64,000 bases of DNA from a virus (Duplodnaviria > Heunggongvirae > Uroviricota > Caudoviricetes). Within the stretch, counting starts at the first letter, position 1, and the number at the start of each line of letters is the position of its first letter. This document shows positions 15,272-24,829 of the stretch, piece by piece. The translations under genes and the position numbers were made by a program. The stretch is taken from IMG/VR virus record IMGVR_UViG_3300018839_000001; one strand, given 5' to 3'. A model generated the notes under the pieces. The model worked only from the letters and a program-made list of their open reading frames with translations, searched no databases and was not told the DNA's origin.

Positions 15272-16732
15272 ATGTTAAATCACTTAGTAAATGAATTTAA
15301 TAAAACGGAAACCCTAAATGGAGCATTAGCCTATAAAAGCACCAAATCTGATGTGCTAGACTTATTTTCTATGGGTGGAGCTTATAGAAATAAAAGTGAT
15401 GACGAAGTAGTCAAATTGTTCTCAAAAGCACATGCAGAAGATGCAACTTTAGCAATGAAGACTCTCTTCTATCTTCGTGATATCACTCAGGGCCAAGGAG
15501 AACGCAGATTTTTTCGCTTAGCCCTTCGACATTTGTCAGTACATAACAAGGACTCTCTAGTGAAAAATCTCCATTTGATTCCTTTATATGGTAGATGGGA
15601 TGATATGTGGGAATTACTTGAAACGCCTGTGCAAAAAGAAGTTGTTAACCTTGTCAAAAAACAGTTGCTTGCAGATAAGGATTCAGAACACCCATCTTTA
15701 TTAGCAAAGTGGATGCCAAGTGAGAATGCATCGAGTACCAAGACAAAGAAGTATGCTAAAATTCTCCGAAAAGTATTAGATGTAACGCCAAGACAATATC
15801 GAAAACTTTTATCATCTTTGAGATCAAAGATCGATTTAGTTGAAACAAAAATTACCAAGGGAATGTACGCAGATATTGATTATACTAGGATTCCTTCCAA
15901 GGCAAACATGGTTTATCGAAAAGCTTTTTCACGAAATGACACTATTCGATATGACTCATTCTTAAAAATGTTATCTGAAAATAGAGTTAAAGTAAATTCT
16001 AAAACTCTATACCCTAATGATATTGTCGGAAAAATATTAGGCTCATATTATTGGGATACTCCACATTACACTGAACAAGAAATTAAACTGTTCGAAGGGC
16101 AGTGGAATAATCTTCCTAACTATATTGGAGATAAACCAGAAGATTCAATTGTTATGGCTGATGTAAGCGGAAGCATGTCTGGTACACCAATGAATGTTGC
16201 TATCTCGTTAGCGATGTATATTGCTGAGAGAAATAAAGGTGCTTATAAAGATCATTTTATGACATTTAGTAAACGTCCAGAGTTGGTTAAGATTCAAGGA
16301 ACAAATATTGTCGAAAAGGTTAATAATATTTCACATGCAGATTGGGGTATGAGTACCAATATCGAAAAATCGCTTCAAACAATCTTAGATGTAGCAGTGA
16401 AAAACAACCTCTCAAACGAAGAAGTAGTAAAGAAGATTTACATCATTTCAGATATGCAGTTTAACCACTGTGTTGATGGAGCTAATAAAAATATCTTTAA
16501 AAATATGGAGGAAAAATTCAATAGCTACGGCTACGATTTACCTAACATTGTTTTTTGGAATGTGAACGCGTATAGCAATACGCCTATGACAATGAACGAA
16601 GCTGGAGTACAGCTTGTAAGTGGATTCTCCCCAAGTATCTTAACACAGTTGTTAAACTCTGATGGGAAAACACCATATGACTTCATGCTAGATGTCATCT
16701 GTGGCGATCGTTATCAAAAGGTTACAGCTTAG
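15272..16732 (+). CDS. DUF2828-family protein: helical N-domain + vWA domain (Ro60/TROVE-like architecture)
   Basis: Family motifs T.NGA.AY.ST..VLDLF, YLRDITQGQGER, IPLYGRWDD, LLAKWMPSE, YRKLLSSLR, KVNSKTLYP; vWA MIDAS DVSGSM, FMTFS, WGMSTN, IISDMQF, IVFWNV, VSGFSP. Confidence 0.85.
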   Translation: MLNHLVNEFNKTETLNGALAYKSTKSDVLDLFSMGGAYRNKSDDEVVKLFSKAHAEDATLAMKTLFYLRDITQGQGERRFFRLALRHLSVHNKDSLVKNLHLIPLYGRWDDMWELLETPVQKEVVNLVKKQLLADKDSEHPSLLAKWMPSENASSTKTKKYAKILRKVLDVTPRQYRKLLSSLRSKIDLVETKITKGMYADIDYTRIPSKANMVYRKAFSRNDTIRYDSFLKMLSENRVKVNSKTLYPNDIVGKILGSYYWDTPHYTEQEIKLFEGQWNNLPNYIGDKPEDSIVMADVSGSMSGTPMNVAISLAMYIAERNKGAYKDHFMTFSKRPELVKIQGTNIVEKVNNISHADWGMSTNIEKSLQTILDVAVKNNLSNEEVVKKIYIISDMQFNHCVDGANKNIFKNMEEKFNSYGYDLPNIVFWNVNAYSNTPMTMNEAGVQLVSGFSPSILTQLLNSDGKTPYDFMLDVICGDRYQKVTA

Positions 16733-16790
16733 GCTGTCCCTTCTGTATATAATTTCTCGCTTCTGCGAGTGGTCGGGAAGGCAGAATGAT

Positions 16791-16821
16791 AAGTCAGAGG
16801 CTGATGCCTTTGGCTTATTTT
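16791..16821 (+). terminator. Probable intrinsic terminator after the DUF2828 gene
   Basis: 10-bp stem AAGTCAGAGG/CCTTTGGCTT (two G-U pairs) followed by ATTTTGT. Confidence 0.55.
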
Positions 16822-16854
16822 GTATTAATAAAAAGATAAGGATGAATATATAGA

Positions 16855-18093
16855 ATGAGATCATATACAAATAAAGCTGGTGAGCTAATCACTGTTTCAG
16901 AGGAGCATTTGATAACTGCTGTTCGAATAAAAAAAGAATTACAAAAGGCTTCCCCATCTAGACGGGCTTCTTGGAATCAATTAGTTAAACTAATGGAGAA
17001 AGAAGGGTTCTATGATGCTGAAAACAGCGAATCCTATCGATGCATGATTAAATCATACCAAAAATCAATTGGAGAACTTCCAGATGTTCAAAAGCATGCG
17101 GACATGGTTACTGATAATAAACTTGAATCGATTAAAGAATTAGTTGGAGAAATATCTTATGAGAAAAGAGAGAATCAAAATGTCTTAAGAGAAATTAATA
17201 AAGGGAAAAGAGAGCTAATTGATTTTAGTATTGTTGCTGAACAAATTGGAAACGCTTTCAAAAATTATGATTTCTCTAGTTTAAAAATTGAAACCTCTCC
17301 CCTCCCCTCTTCTGGCAAAAAAATGATTGTTGGATTGTCTGACCTACATATAGGTGCATTAGTAGATACTAATGTAAATCAATATAATTTCAATATTGCA
17401 CTCGAAAGACTGAGTGTCTATGCTTCTAAAATAATTAGAGAGGCAAATATGAACAATATAACAGACCTTCATGTTGTTAACTTGGGTGACGTTATCGAGC
17501 ATTCATCTATGAGATTTAATCAAGGATATAATGTTGAATTTCTATTTTCCGATCAAATTGTAAGAGCTTCCGATTTAATTATCAAGTTCCTAATGTTTCT
17601 TGCTGAAAAAAGATTTAATGTTTCTTATGCAGGAATTGCAGGAAACCACGATCGAATTGTCGACAAAGAAAAAAATATAGATGGAGATCATGTAGTAAAG
17701 TCAATAAACTATTCGATTAAGTCATTTATTCAGAATACAAAAACTGAAAGGATTACTTTTAATGAATCCGATGATTATGAATATCGATTGGAGATTAATT
17801 CGCGTAATATAAAATTTATTCATGGAGATAGAGACTCTCTTAAGGATGAATCTCTTTTGGCAAAACATTCTGCGATGGATAATATTGTTTACGACATGAT
17901 TGTAATGGGTCATTATCATAGTTTTAGAGATATCGAGGTGGGGTTAGATAAAAGAATTGTTACATTAGGATCGCTAAAAGGCGCAGATGATTATAGTAAA
18001 AATAAATTAAGGAAACTCTCTTCTCCTTCTCAAGGAATTATTATCGTTGATGAAAATGGAGACGTTGAAATCAAGAGAATTAAGGTTGGATAA
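16855..18093 (+). CDS. Calcineurin-like metallophosphoesterase with N-terminal coiled coil (SPbeta YonJ-like position)
   Basis: SDLHIG, NLGDVIE, AGNHDR, IHGD and MGHYH motifs. Confidence 0.85.
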   Translation: MRSYTNKAGELITVSEEHLITAVRIKKELQKASPSRRASWNQLVKLMEKEGFYDAENSESYRCMIKSYQKSIGELPDVQKHADMVTDNKLESIKELVGEISYEKRENQNVLREINKGKRELIDFSIVAEQIGNAFKNYDFSSLKIETSPLPSSGKKMIVGLSDLHIGALVDTNVNQYNFNIALERLSVYASKIIREANMNNITDLHVVNLGDVIEHSSMRFNQGYNVEFLFSDQIVRASDLIIKFLMFLAEKRFNVSYAGIAGNHDRIVDKEKNIDGDHVVKSINYSIKSFIQNTKTERITFNESDDYEYRLEINSRNIKFIHGDRDSLKDESLLAKHSAMDNIVYDMIVMGHYHSFRDIEVGLDKRIVTLGSLKGADDYSKNKLRKLSSPSQGIIIVDENGDVEIKRIKVG

Positions 18094-18118
18094 AAAAATA
18101 ATAAAGGAATGAATAGTC

Positions 18119-18535
18119 ATGACAACAAGACCACAGGAGTTAATAGATTATATTAATCTATTGATGAGAATGAGTGATAAGGGTATTTTGAAAGCAGAGG
18201 ATATGATCGAAGAATCCATTCAATTACTGCATAATCTTTTGTTTCCTAAACAAGAAAAAGAGTCGATTATTGTATTCGAAAAAGATTTCAATGGGGTCTG
18301 TAATACATATGAAACGTTTCGAAATTTACTAGGTAAATCCGATGAGTATCAAAGATGTGGTGATGATATCATATTTACAAAGGGGAATACTACTATTACA
18401 ATTATTAATCTTCACAACACTGCTAAAGATTTAGATACAAAATTACGAGGAAAAACTTTTACCTATGTGATTAATAATACAGATGATGATAAATTAATTG
18501 AAAAACTAGGCTTACAAGTTGAAACCAAAGTATAA
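18119..18535 (+). CDS. Hypothetical protein (138 aa)
   Basis: AAAGGA RBS; ORF in operon. Confidence 0.65.
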   Translation: MTTRPQELIDYINLLMRMSDKGILKAEDMIEESIQLLHNLLFPKQEKESIIVFEKDFNGVCNTYETFRNLLGKSDEYQRCGDDIIFTKGNTTITIINLHNTAKDLDTKLRGKTFTYVINNTDDDKLIEKLGLQVETKV

Positions 18536-18610
18536 AAACAACATTTTATTAAAAAGTGGTACAAAAACCGTTTCAAAACACGATAAACTATAGAAGGTAT
18601 TTTTTCTATG

Positions 18611-18678
18611 AAAAGAGCATTTCAAAGCGTCTTAGTTTTCCTCCCTTTTAACTAAGACGCTTTAATAATGGTCTTTTT
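18611..18678 (+). terminator. Long hairpin/terminator with anti-Shine-Dalgarno-like loop
   Basis: Perfect 14-bp stem AAAGCGTCTTAGTT/AACTAAGACGCTTT, loop TTCCTCCCTTTT, outer stem and T-run. Confidence 0.6.
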
Positions 18679-18706
18679 TAAATAAACGAAAGAAAGGAGC
18701 GAATGT

Positions 18707-19681
18707 ATGAGTAATTCAAGGCGAAGGAACAACGAAAAACCTAAGAAAAAATGTAGTTCTTGTGGGAAAGATAAAGCGAGCACATTTTTTTACAAAGTAG
18801 ATAGTCCACTATTCCCTGATGGTATGATCAATATTTGTCGTGACTGTGTTCGTGAACAAGTAGATGTTGATGATATAGAAGCTGTGATTGGTTTTTTAAG
18901 ACAGATCGACAAACCCTTTGTTGAAAAGATATGGAATGAAGCTGTTCAGTCTGGAAGACACGCCCTTGGTGAATACATTAGAAAGATTAATTCGCTCCAA
19001 CAATTAAAAGGTAAAACATTCGATGATAGTGATGGTCTACAAGGTATTGGAAAGTCAACAGACCTGCAAACAGCAAAGCTGTCAGATACTATCGAAACCC
19101 AACAGGGAAAACTCATTGAGTATTCAGATGATCTAGTAGATAAATGGGGTATTGGATATAAAAAGCATGAGTATCTCCAGATGGAAAAGTTTTATACAGA
19201 TATGAAGGAGACTCATGAGATTAACACTTCTATTCACATAGACCAATTAAAACAACTATCCTACCTGTCTGTTGAACGAGACAGATTGAGACAGGCTGGT
19301 GATTGGAACAATTACAATAAGCTATCAAAAACTATGGAAGATATGACTAAATCCGCTGGGTTTAGACCTGTGGATAGACAAGGATTAGATGATGCAACTG
19401 GAATTAGAAGCTTTTCTCAGATATTTGAGGAAGTAGAAAAGCGTGGATTTAGAAAACCTCCCGTTGTTACATTTGAAGAAGATGTTGTCGATGCAATGAT
19501 AGTTGCTCTCGCTAATTATTACAACAGACTAGTTGGGAAACAAGTCTTGTCAGAGCTTCCAGAAGAAATTGAACAAGAATTAGATGAATTTTATGAAGTA
19601 GATGAAACTCCAGTAGAATTAAACGAAAATGATTATGATGACATGGACTTTTCCTTAGAGGATGAAGAAGATGAGCAATAA
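18707..19681 (+). CDS. Zn-finger protein preceding TerL; probable terminase small subunit (SPbeta YonG-like position)
   Basis: CSSC...CRDC Zn knuckle, acidic C-terminus, overlaps the terL start. Confidence 0.6.
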   Translation: MSNSRRRNNEKPKKKCSSCGKDKASTFFYKVDSPLFPDGMINICRDCVREQVDVDDIEAVIGFLRQIDKPFVEKIWNEAVQSGRHALGEYIRKINSLQQLKGKTFDDSDGLQGIGKSTDLQTAKLSDTIETQQGKLIEYSDDLVDKWGIGYKKHEYLQMEKFYTDMKETHEINTSIHIDQLKQLSYLSVERDRLRQAGDWNNYNKLSKTMEDMTKSAGFRPVDRQGLDDATGIRSFSQIFEEVEKRGFRKPPVVTFEEDVVDAMIVALANYYNRLVGKQVLSELPEEIEQELDEFYEVDETPVELNENDYDDMDFSLEDEEDEQ

Positions 19682-21389
19682 AAAGTGGAAAACTTGGGAT
19701 GAGTTAGAAAATGTAAAAGGAACAAACTCAAGTAAAAGTATTCATGAAATGTTCCCTGATTTCGCAGAAATGCTTTCCTACTTTCAAGTCTACCCCGATC
19801 GTTTTATAGATTACATTCTTCCAGAAGATAGTACATTTAAGTTATACCCCTTCCAAAGAATCTTTTTAAGAGTAATGGCTAGATATAAGAAAGTATATAT
19901 CACCGCTACAAGGGGAACTTCTAAATCATTTCTAAATATTTTATCCATGTATCTCAAATGTATATTTTTCCCAGGAATTAAATTATCTCTGGTTGCACCA
20001 CAGAAAGATCAGGCTAGTCAGATAGCGCAACAGAATATTGAACAGATATGGAATTTCATTCCTCTACTTAGAAAAGAATGTAAAAAATATACTGACGCAA
20101 AAGATTATACAAGAATAATCTTTTTGAACAATAGTGTTCTTGACATCGTTGTAGCTTCTCAAGGATCACGTGGTCTTCGTAGACACGGATTGTCTTTCGA
20201 AGAAATATGTCAAATGGAAAAGCATAGAGAAGTTATTGGTGAAGTTTTACTCCCACTATTAGCGAACAACCGTAAGGGTGCGGATGGAAAGGTTTCAAAG
20301 CATGAAATACATAAGCAACTAATGTATGTTACAACCGCTTCATCACGGCAGTCATACGCTTGGGAACAATTATTCTCGGTAATGGTTGATATGGCTAGAG
20401 GAAAAAGCGCTTACGTAATCGGTAATGATTATTCTTTGCCAGTAATGTTTGAACAGCTTGATCCAGACTATATCGAAGAGGTCAGGTCTGACCCTTCTAT
20501 GTCTCCTCTTCAATTTGCACGTGAATATATGAGCGTATGGACAGGTTCAAGTGAAAATAGTTTAGTACAACTCAAGGATTTAGAAAAATGCCGAGTTCTT
20601 ACGAAAGCAGAATTTAGTGCCGCCAAAGGTGATCATAAATATGTAATAGCTGTTGATGTTGCGCGTTCAGAGAGAAAGAATACAGCTACCACAGCAATTG
20701 CAATATTTAAGTTGATTCCTAGGGGAAACGGAACCTACTTTAAGCAATTAGTAAATGTTCATACCTATAAAGGAAATATGCACTTTGAAGATCAAAGTAT
20801 TTACATAAAAGAATTAGTGGAAAAGTTTAACGCATCAATGGTTGTTGTCGATGGTAACGGCCTTGGCCGCGGATTGTTGGATTATTTGGTTAAAGAAGAT
20901 AAGTACCCTTCTTACTCAGTCGTAAATGATGATGGGACTTATCAAAAGTATAAACTCCCCAACTCCCTCCCTCTTATCTTTAATGTTATGTCTAATACAA
21001 AAGAAACAAATGCTTCAAATATCCACAACAACTTCATGGCGGTAATATCCAATCATGATTTAAAACTGTTAGTTTCTGATTCAACAATTAAAGAAAAATC
21101 TAAAGAAAAAGACTTTGAAAAATTAGCGGATCAACTTGTTCCTCATGTAGAAACTGGTTTGTTTGTGGATGAAGTTATGAATTTAATATATGAAGCCAGA
21201 GGAAATAAAACAGTTGTAAAGAGAGTTTCTAAAAGCATGGAAAAGGATAGATACTCTGCTGTTTCTTATGGACTTTATTATATTTATCTTGAAGAACAGA
21301 AAAATCAACAAAGAAAAAGAGAAACGGTTGATGCAAAAGGGTTCTTCGCAGTTAGAAAACCAAAAATGAAAATCAGAGGATGGGATTAG
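19671..21389 (+). CDS. terL: Terminase large subunit
   Basis: LYPFQRIFL Q-motif, Walker A-like TATRGTSKS, Walker B-like LSFEEI, RNase H-like nuclease acidic residues (AVDVAR, VVDGNGLG, KDRYSA). Confidence 0.9.
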   Translation: MSNKKWKTWDELENVKGTNSSKSIHEMFPDFAEMLSYFQVYPDRFIDYILPEDSTFKLYPFQRIFLRVMARYKKVYITATRGTSKSFLNILSMYLKCIFFPGIKLSLVAPQKDQASQIAQQNIEQIWNFIPLLRKECKKYTDAKDYTRIIFLNNSVLDIVVASQGSRGLRRHGLSFEEICQMEKHREVIGEVLLPLLANNRKGADGKVSKHEIHKQLMYVTTASSRQSYAWEQLFSVMVDMARGKSAYVIGNDYSLPVMFEQLDPDYIEEVRSDPSMSPLQFAREYMSVWTGSSENSLVQLKDLEKCRVLTKAEFSAAKGDHKYVIAVDVARSERKNTATTAIAIFKLIPRGNGTYFKQLVNVHTYKGNMHFEDQSIYIKELVEKFNASMVVVDGNGLGRGLLDYLVKEDKYPSYSVVNDDGTYQKYKLPNSLPLIFNVMSNTKETNASNIHNNFMAVISNHDLKLLVSDSTIKEKSKEKDFEKLADQLVPHVETGLFVDEVMNLIYEARGNKTVVKRVSKSMEKDRYSAVSYGLYYIYLEEQKNQQRKRETVDAKGFFAVRKPKMKIRGWD

Positions 21390-21401
21390 GAGGTGAAAGA
21401 T

Positions 21402-22907
21402 TTGACCGAGAAAATTGAAGAAGTAGTTAGACCTTCTGTGGTGTCTTTTAAGAAAGAGGAATTTGCCAAATTAATTATTAACGATCTGTCCAGCAGTAAG
21501 TCTGGAAGAAAGTTTCTCAAAAAGTATAAGCAAAGTGAAGTTCGCGAAATAATTGAAAATTATAAAGATGAAAAGAATCAAGAAAAACTTCGCGAAATAT
21601 CTTTATTAATTTGGGCAAAATCACCTCAATATCAACGTCTATTGAAGCATTTTGCTGGAATGGCAACATTCGCCCATGTTGTGCCTCCGATCAAAGAAAT
21701 AAGAAAAATGAATAAAACCAAAGTGATGAAACAGTATGTAGAGATTGGCGAGCTTGTAAAACTTATGAACCTCAGACATGAGATGACGAAAGTTTTAAGT
21801 GTGGCCTTTCGTGAAGATATATTTTATGGATACATACATAAGGAAGGTACAAAGTCTTTTCACATACAGCAAATGCCTTTTGAAATCTGTAAGTTGTCAT
21901 CTGTTGAAGATGGGGTTTTGAATTATAGTATCGACATGTCTAGCTTTGAAAAAAATGAAGACCAACTCTATAAATGGGCAGATGAGATTCAATACAAGTA
22001 TCGAGAATGGAAAGCCTTAAAAGAAAAGAATCCTAAAATTTCAAAATGGGTAGAGTTGGATGCGAAGAATACCATTTGTATAAAAGTAAATGAAGATATG
22101 CTAGAAATCTTCCCTCCTTTTGCTGGTGTTTTTGATTCTGTATTTGATATCGAAGGATTTAAAGAACTACGCAAAGACAAAGAAAAATTGGGAAATTACA
22201 TGGTTCTTGCACAAAAACTCCCTATGCGTACAGATTCAGATAATAATAATGACTTCTTAATTGATAAAGATTTCATGATGTTCTTCCATAACCAAGCATC
22301 GGATGTAGTTCCTGAGAATGTCGGAGTTATCACTTCCCCAATGGAAATTGATCCTATTACATTTAAAGAAAATAAAGCAGATAATGATGGCGTTGGAAAG
22401 GCAACTAGAGACTTTTGGGAAGGAACGGGTGTTTCTCAGCTCCTCTTCTCTTCTGATAATAATTCGTCCGCAGGATTGGCTATGTCAATCAAGTCAGACG
22501 AGGAAATTGTTTTTCAATTATTGACTCAAATTGAAAGATGGTTGAATCGATATCTAAAAAGTCAATTTAAAGATTTAATGTTCAACGTGAGCATTCTTCC
22601 TGTAACAAGGTTTAACCAAGGCGAAATGTATAAGATGTACTTAGAAAATGCTCAATATGGCGTTCCTGTTAAAAACCATCTGAGTGCCACTGTTGGGTTA
22701 GACCCTATCGAAGTTATGAATATGAGCTTCTTAGAAAATGATCTATTGAAGATGCATGAAGAATGGATTCCTCTTCAAAGTTCTCATACAATGAGTGATC
22801 CTGCATCGGTAAGTAGTAACCAAAGTGGTGATGAAGGACGACCGAAAAAAGATGACGCGGACATAGCCGATGAGACATCGAGAGACAGAGATAAGCCTAA
22901 TTCATAA
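21402..22907 (+). CDS. Portal protein
   Basis: ~500 aa directly after terL; AGGAGG RBS fits TTG at 21402; C-terminal GRPKK tail typical of portals. Confidence 0.8.
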   Translation: MTEKIEEVVRPSVVSFKKEEFAKLIINDLSSSKSGRKFLKKYKQSEVREIIENYKDEKNQEKLREISLLIWAKSPQYQRLLKHFAGMATFAHVVPPIKEIRKMNKTKVMKQYVEIGELVKLMNLRHEMTKVLSVAFREDIFYGYIHKEGTKSFHIQQMPFEICKLSSVEDGVLNYSIDMSSFEKNEDQLYKWADEIQYKYREWKALKEKNPKISKWVELDAKNTICIKVNEDMLEIFPPFAGVFDSVFDIEGFKELRKDKEKLGNYMVLAQKLPMRTDSDNNNDFLIDKDFMMFFHNQASDVVPENVGVITSPMEIDPITFKENKADNDGVGKATRDFWEGTGVSQLLFSSDNNSSAGLAMSIKSDEEIVFQLLTQIERWLNRYLKSQFKDLMFNVSILPVTRFNQGEMYKMYLENAQYGVPVKNHLSATVGLDPIEVMNMSFLENDLLKMHEEWIPLQSSHTMSDPASVSSNQSGDEGRPKKDDADIADETSRDRDKPNS

Positions 22908-22936
22908 AACTTACTGAAAGGAGGTGAGAAATAAGG

Positions 22937-24232
22937 GTGAGTAAAAGATTAGATTTTCAAGCAAGTATTAGTGATGTTAAACAGGTCAACCCTCTTTTCT
23001 CAACTTGTAGGGTTCGTGTTTTATATACAGGAAAGAATAGAAATATGTCAATAATTACAAAAGAAGCTGTTGAAAAGGCTCTTCCTACTCTAAAAAATAT
23101 CCCCATAGTTGGAGAGTTTAGTGAGGCCGCGGAAGACTTTAAAGGTCATGGAGGAGCAGTTGACTTAGATTCTTACAAGTTTATACATACGACAAAACCT
23201 TATGGTGTTGTTCCTGAATCAGCTACTTATACTTGGGAAGAAGTCAAAGGACGAGATGGATTAACTCGTGAATATCTTTCTATTGATGGATGTTATTTAT
23301 GGACTGGAAGATACGAAGAAGCATATAGTGTTATCGAAAAAGGTAAAGGTCAGTCAATGGAGATTGAGGTTATCGATGGCAATTGGGATGATACTCAAGA
23401 AGCATATCAAATAAGTAACTTCACATTTTCAGCTCTATGTATCTTAGGAGACGATGTAGAACCTGCGTTTGAAGACGCGAGTATAACAGCTTATTCACTA
23501 GATAAAGACTCTTTTAAACGGGAGTTTTCCAAAATGATGAGCGATCTTAAAGCGTCTCTATCAAATGATAAGGAGGTAGATAAAATGGATTTAAAAAAAT
23601 TGCTTGAAAAATATTCAACTTCTATGGAGGAGTTGACCGAAAAGGGACTTAACTTCGAAGAAATTTCAGAAGATGAATTAGAAGCAAAAATTATAGAGGT
23701 TTTAGAAACTGAGAAACCTGATGAGGATAATTCAAAAGATGATCAAAAAGACGCTTCTAGCGAAGAAGATAATGATGGAAAAGATGATCAGCCTGAAAAT
23801 GAAGATCAGAAAGAGCCTGAAAATGTAGAGCCTAAAAATGATCAGAAGGAGAATGCTCAAGTTAAGTCTTTAGAAGATGAAATTGACAATCTAAAAGCTG
23901 AACTATCAGATGCACAGACAGAACTAGAAAAACTGAGAGAATTTAAACTTAAAGTTGAAAAAGCAGAGCATGAATCCAAAGTCCAAAAGATTTTTAATGA
24001 TTTTCAACTCACTGAAAGTGATGTTAAAGACTTGGATATTCATAAGTTCTCAATTGAAGAAATTGAAGAAAAATGTTACGCAATCTTAGGAAGAAAACTT
24101 GCAAATAAAAAGAACTTTTCCACAAAATCAAATAGCAGTATTCACTTACCTCTATTAAATGGAGAAAGAAAGCGTGAAGACTCCCCTTCTCATCCATATG
24201 GAGAGTTGTTCGATGACTTCAATACAAATTAA
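22937..24232 (+). CDS. Prohead protease/scaffold protein
   Basis: N-terminal domain with NRNMSII and GQSMEI...FSALCILG motifs; acidic, coiled-coil C-terminal scaffold region. Confidence 0.75.
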   Translation: MSKRLDFQASISDVKQVNPLFSTCRVRVLYTGKNRNMSIITKEAVEKALPTLKNIPIVGEFSEAAEDFKGHGGAVDLDSYKFIHTTKPYGVVPESATYTWEEVKGRDGLTREYLSIDGCYLWTGRYEEAYSVIEKGKGQSMEIEVIDGNWDDTQEAYQISNFTFSALCILGDDVEPAFEDASITAYSLDKDSFKREFSKMMSDLKASLSNDKEVDKMDLKKLLEKYSTSMEELTEKGLNFEEISEDELEAKIIEVLETEKPDEDNSKDDQKDASSEEDNDGKDDQPENEDQKEPENVEPKNDQKENAQVKSLEDEIDNLKAELSDAQTELEKLREFKLKVEKAEHESKVQKIFNDFQLTESDVKDLDIHKFSIEEIEEKCYAILGRKLANKKNFSTKSNSSIHLPLLNGERKREDSPSHPYGELFDDFNTN

Positions 24233-24268
24233 TAATGAAAAAACAATAAAATTATAGGAGGAAAAATA

Positions 24269-24781
24269 ATGCCTATTGTTCGTAAAGATAAAATGTTGGC
24301 AGGTTACAATGGTAACTTAGAATCAGTGAAAATTTATAATAACGAAGGTACACAAGAAGTTGAGTCAACTAACGGTGTATTTGTTGTAGTTGAAGGATTA
24401 ATTCCAGGAGAGCGTGAAACAAAAAAAGCAAGACTAGCAACTGATGCAGAAAAATCTCTTGATGTTCTTCTAGTTCATAACAGTGAAGTTATGTATGACG
24501 AGAGAAAGTATAAAGTTGCAGATTACCGCATTCAAAAAGGGAAAGCCGCTCGTGCTTACCGTTTATACGATGGAGATATTATCACTCTTACCACTGACCT
24601 TTTTGCTGGGACTGTAGCAGTTGATGATAAATTGATTGTTAAGGCAAATGGTCTTATTGGTAAACCTGCACAAGAAACAGATTTGGACGCGGCCAAAGTA
24701 GTCTTTACAGTTATTGAAGACTGTGGAAATGAGCTTGATGTAAACATGGGTTCATTTGCTGTTCAAGTATCTCGTAATTAA
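24269..24781 (+). CDS. Head decoration/cement protein (putative)
   Basis: 170 aa between scaffold and major capsid; strong GGAGG RBS. Confidence 0.6.
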   Translation: MPIVRKDKMLAGYNGNLESVKIYNNEGTQEVESTNGVFVVVEGLIPGERETKKARLATDAEKSLDVLLVHNSEVMYDERKYKVADYRIQKGKAARAYRLYDGDIITLTTDLFAGTVAVDDKLIVKANGLIGKPAQETDLDAAKVVFTVIEDCGNELDVNMGSFAVQVSRN

Positions 24782-24829
24782 TCTAAATCATAAAATCTTA
24801 TACTTAAAAGTTCCAAGGAGGAAAAAATA

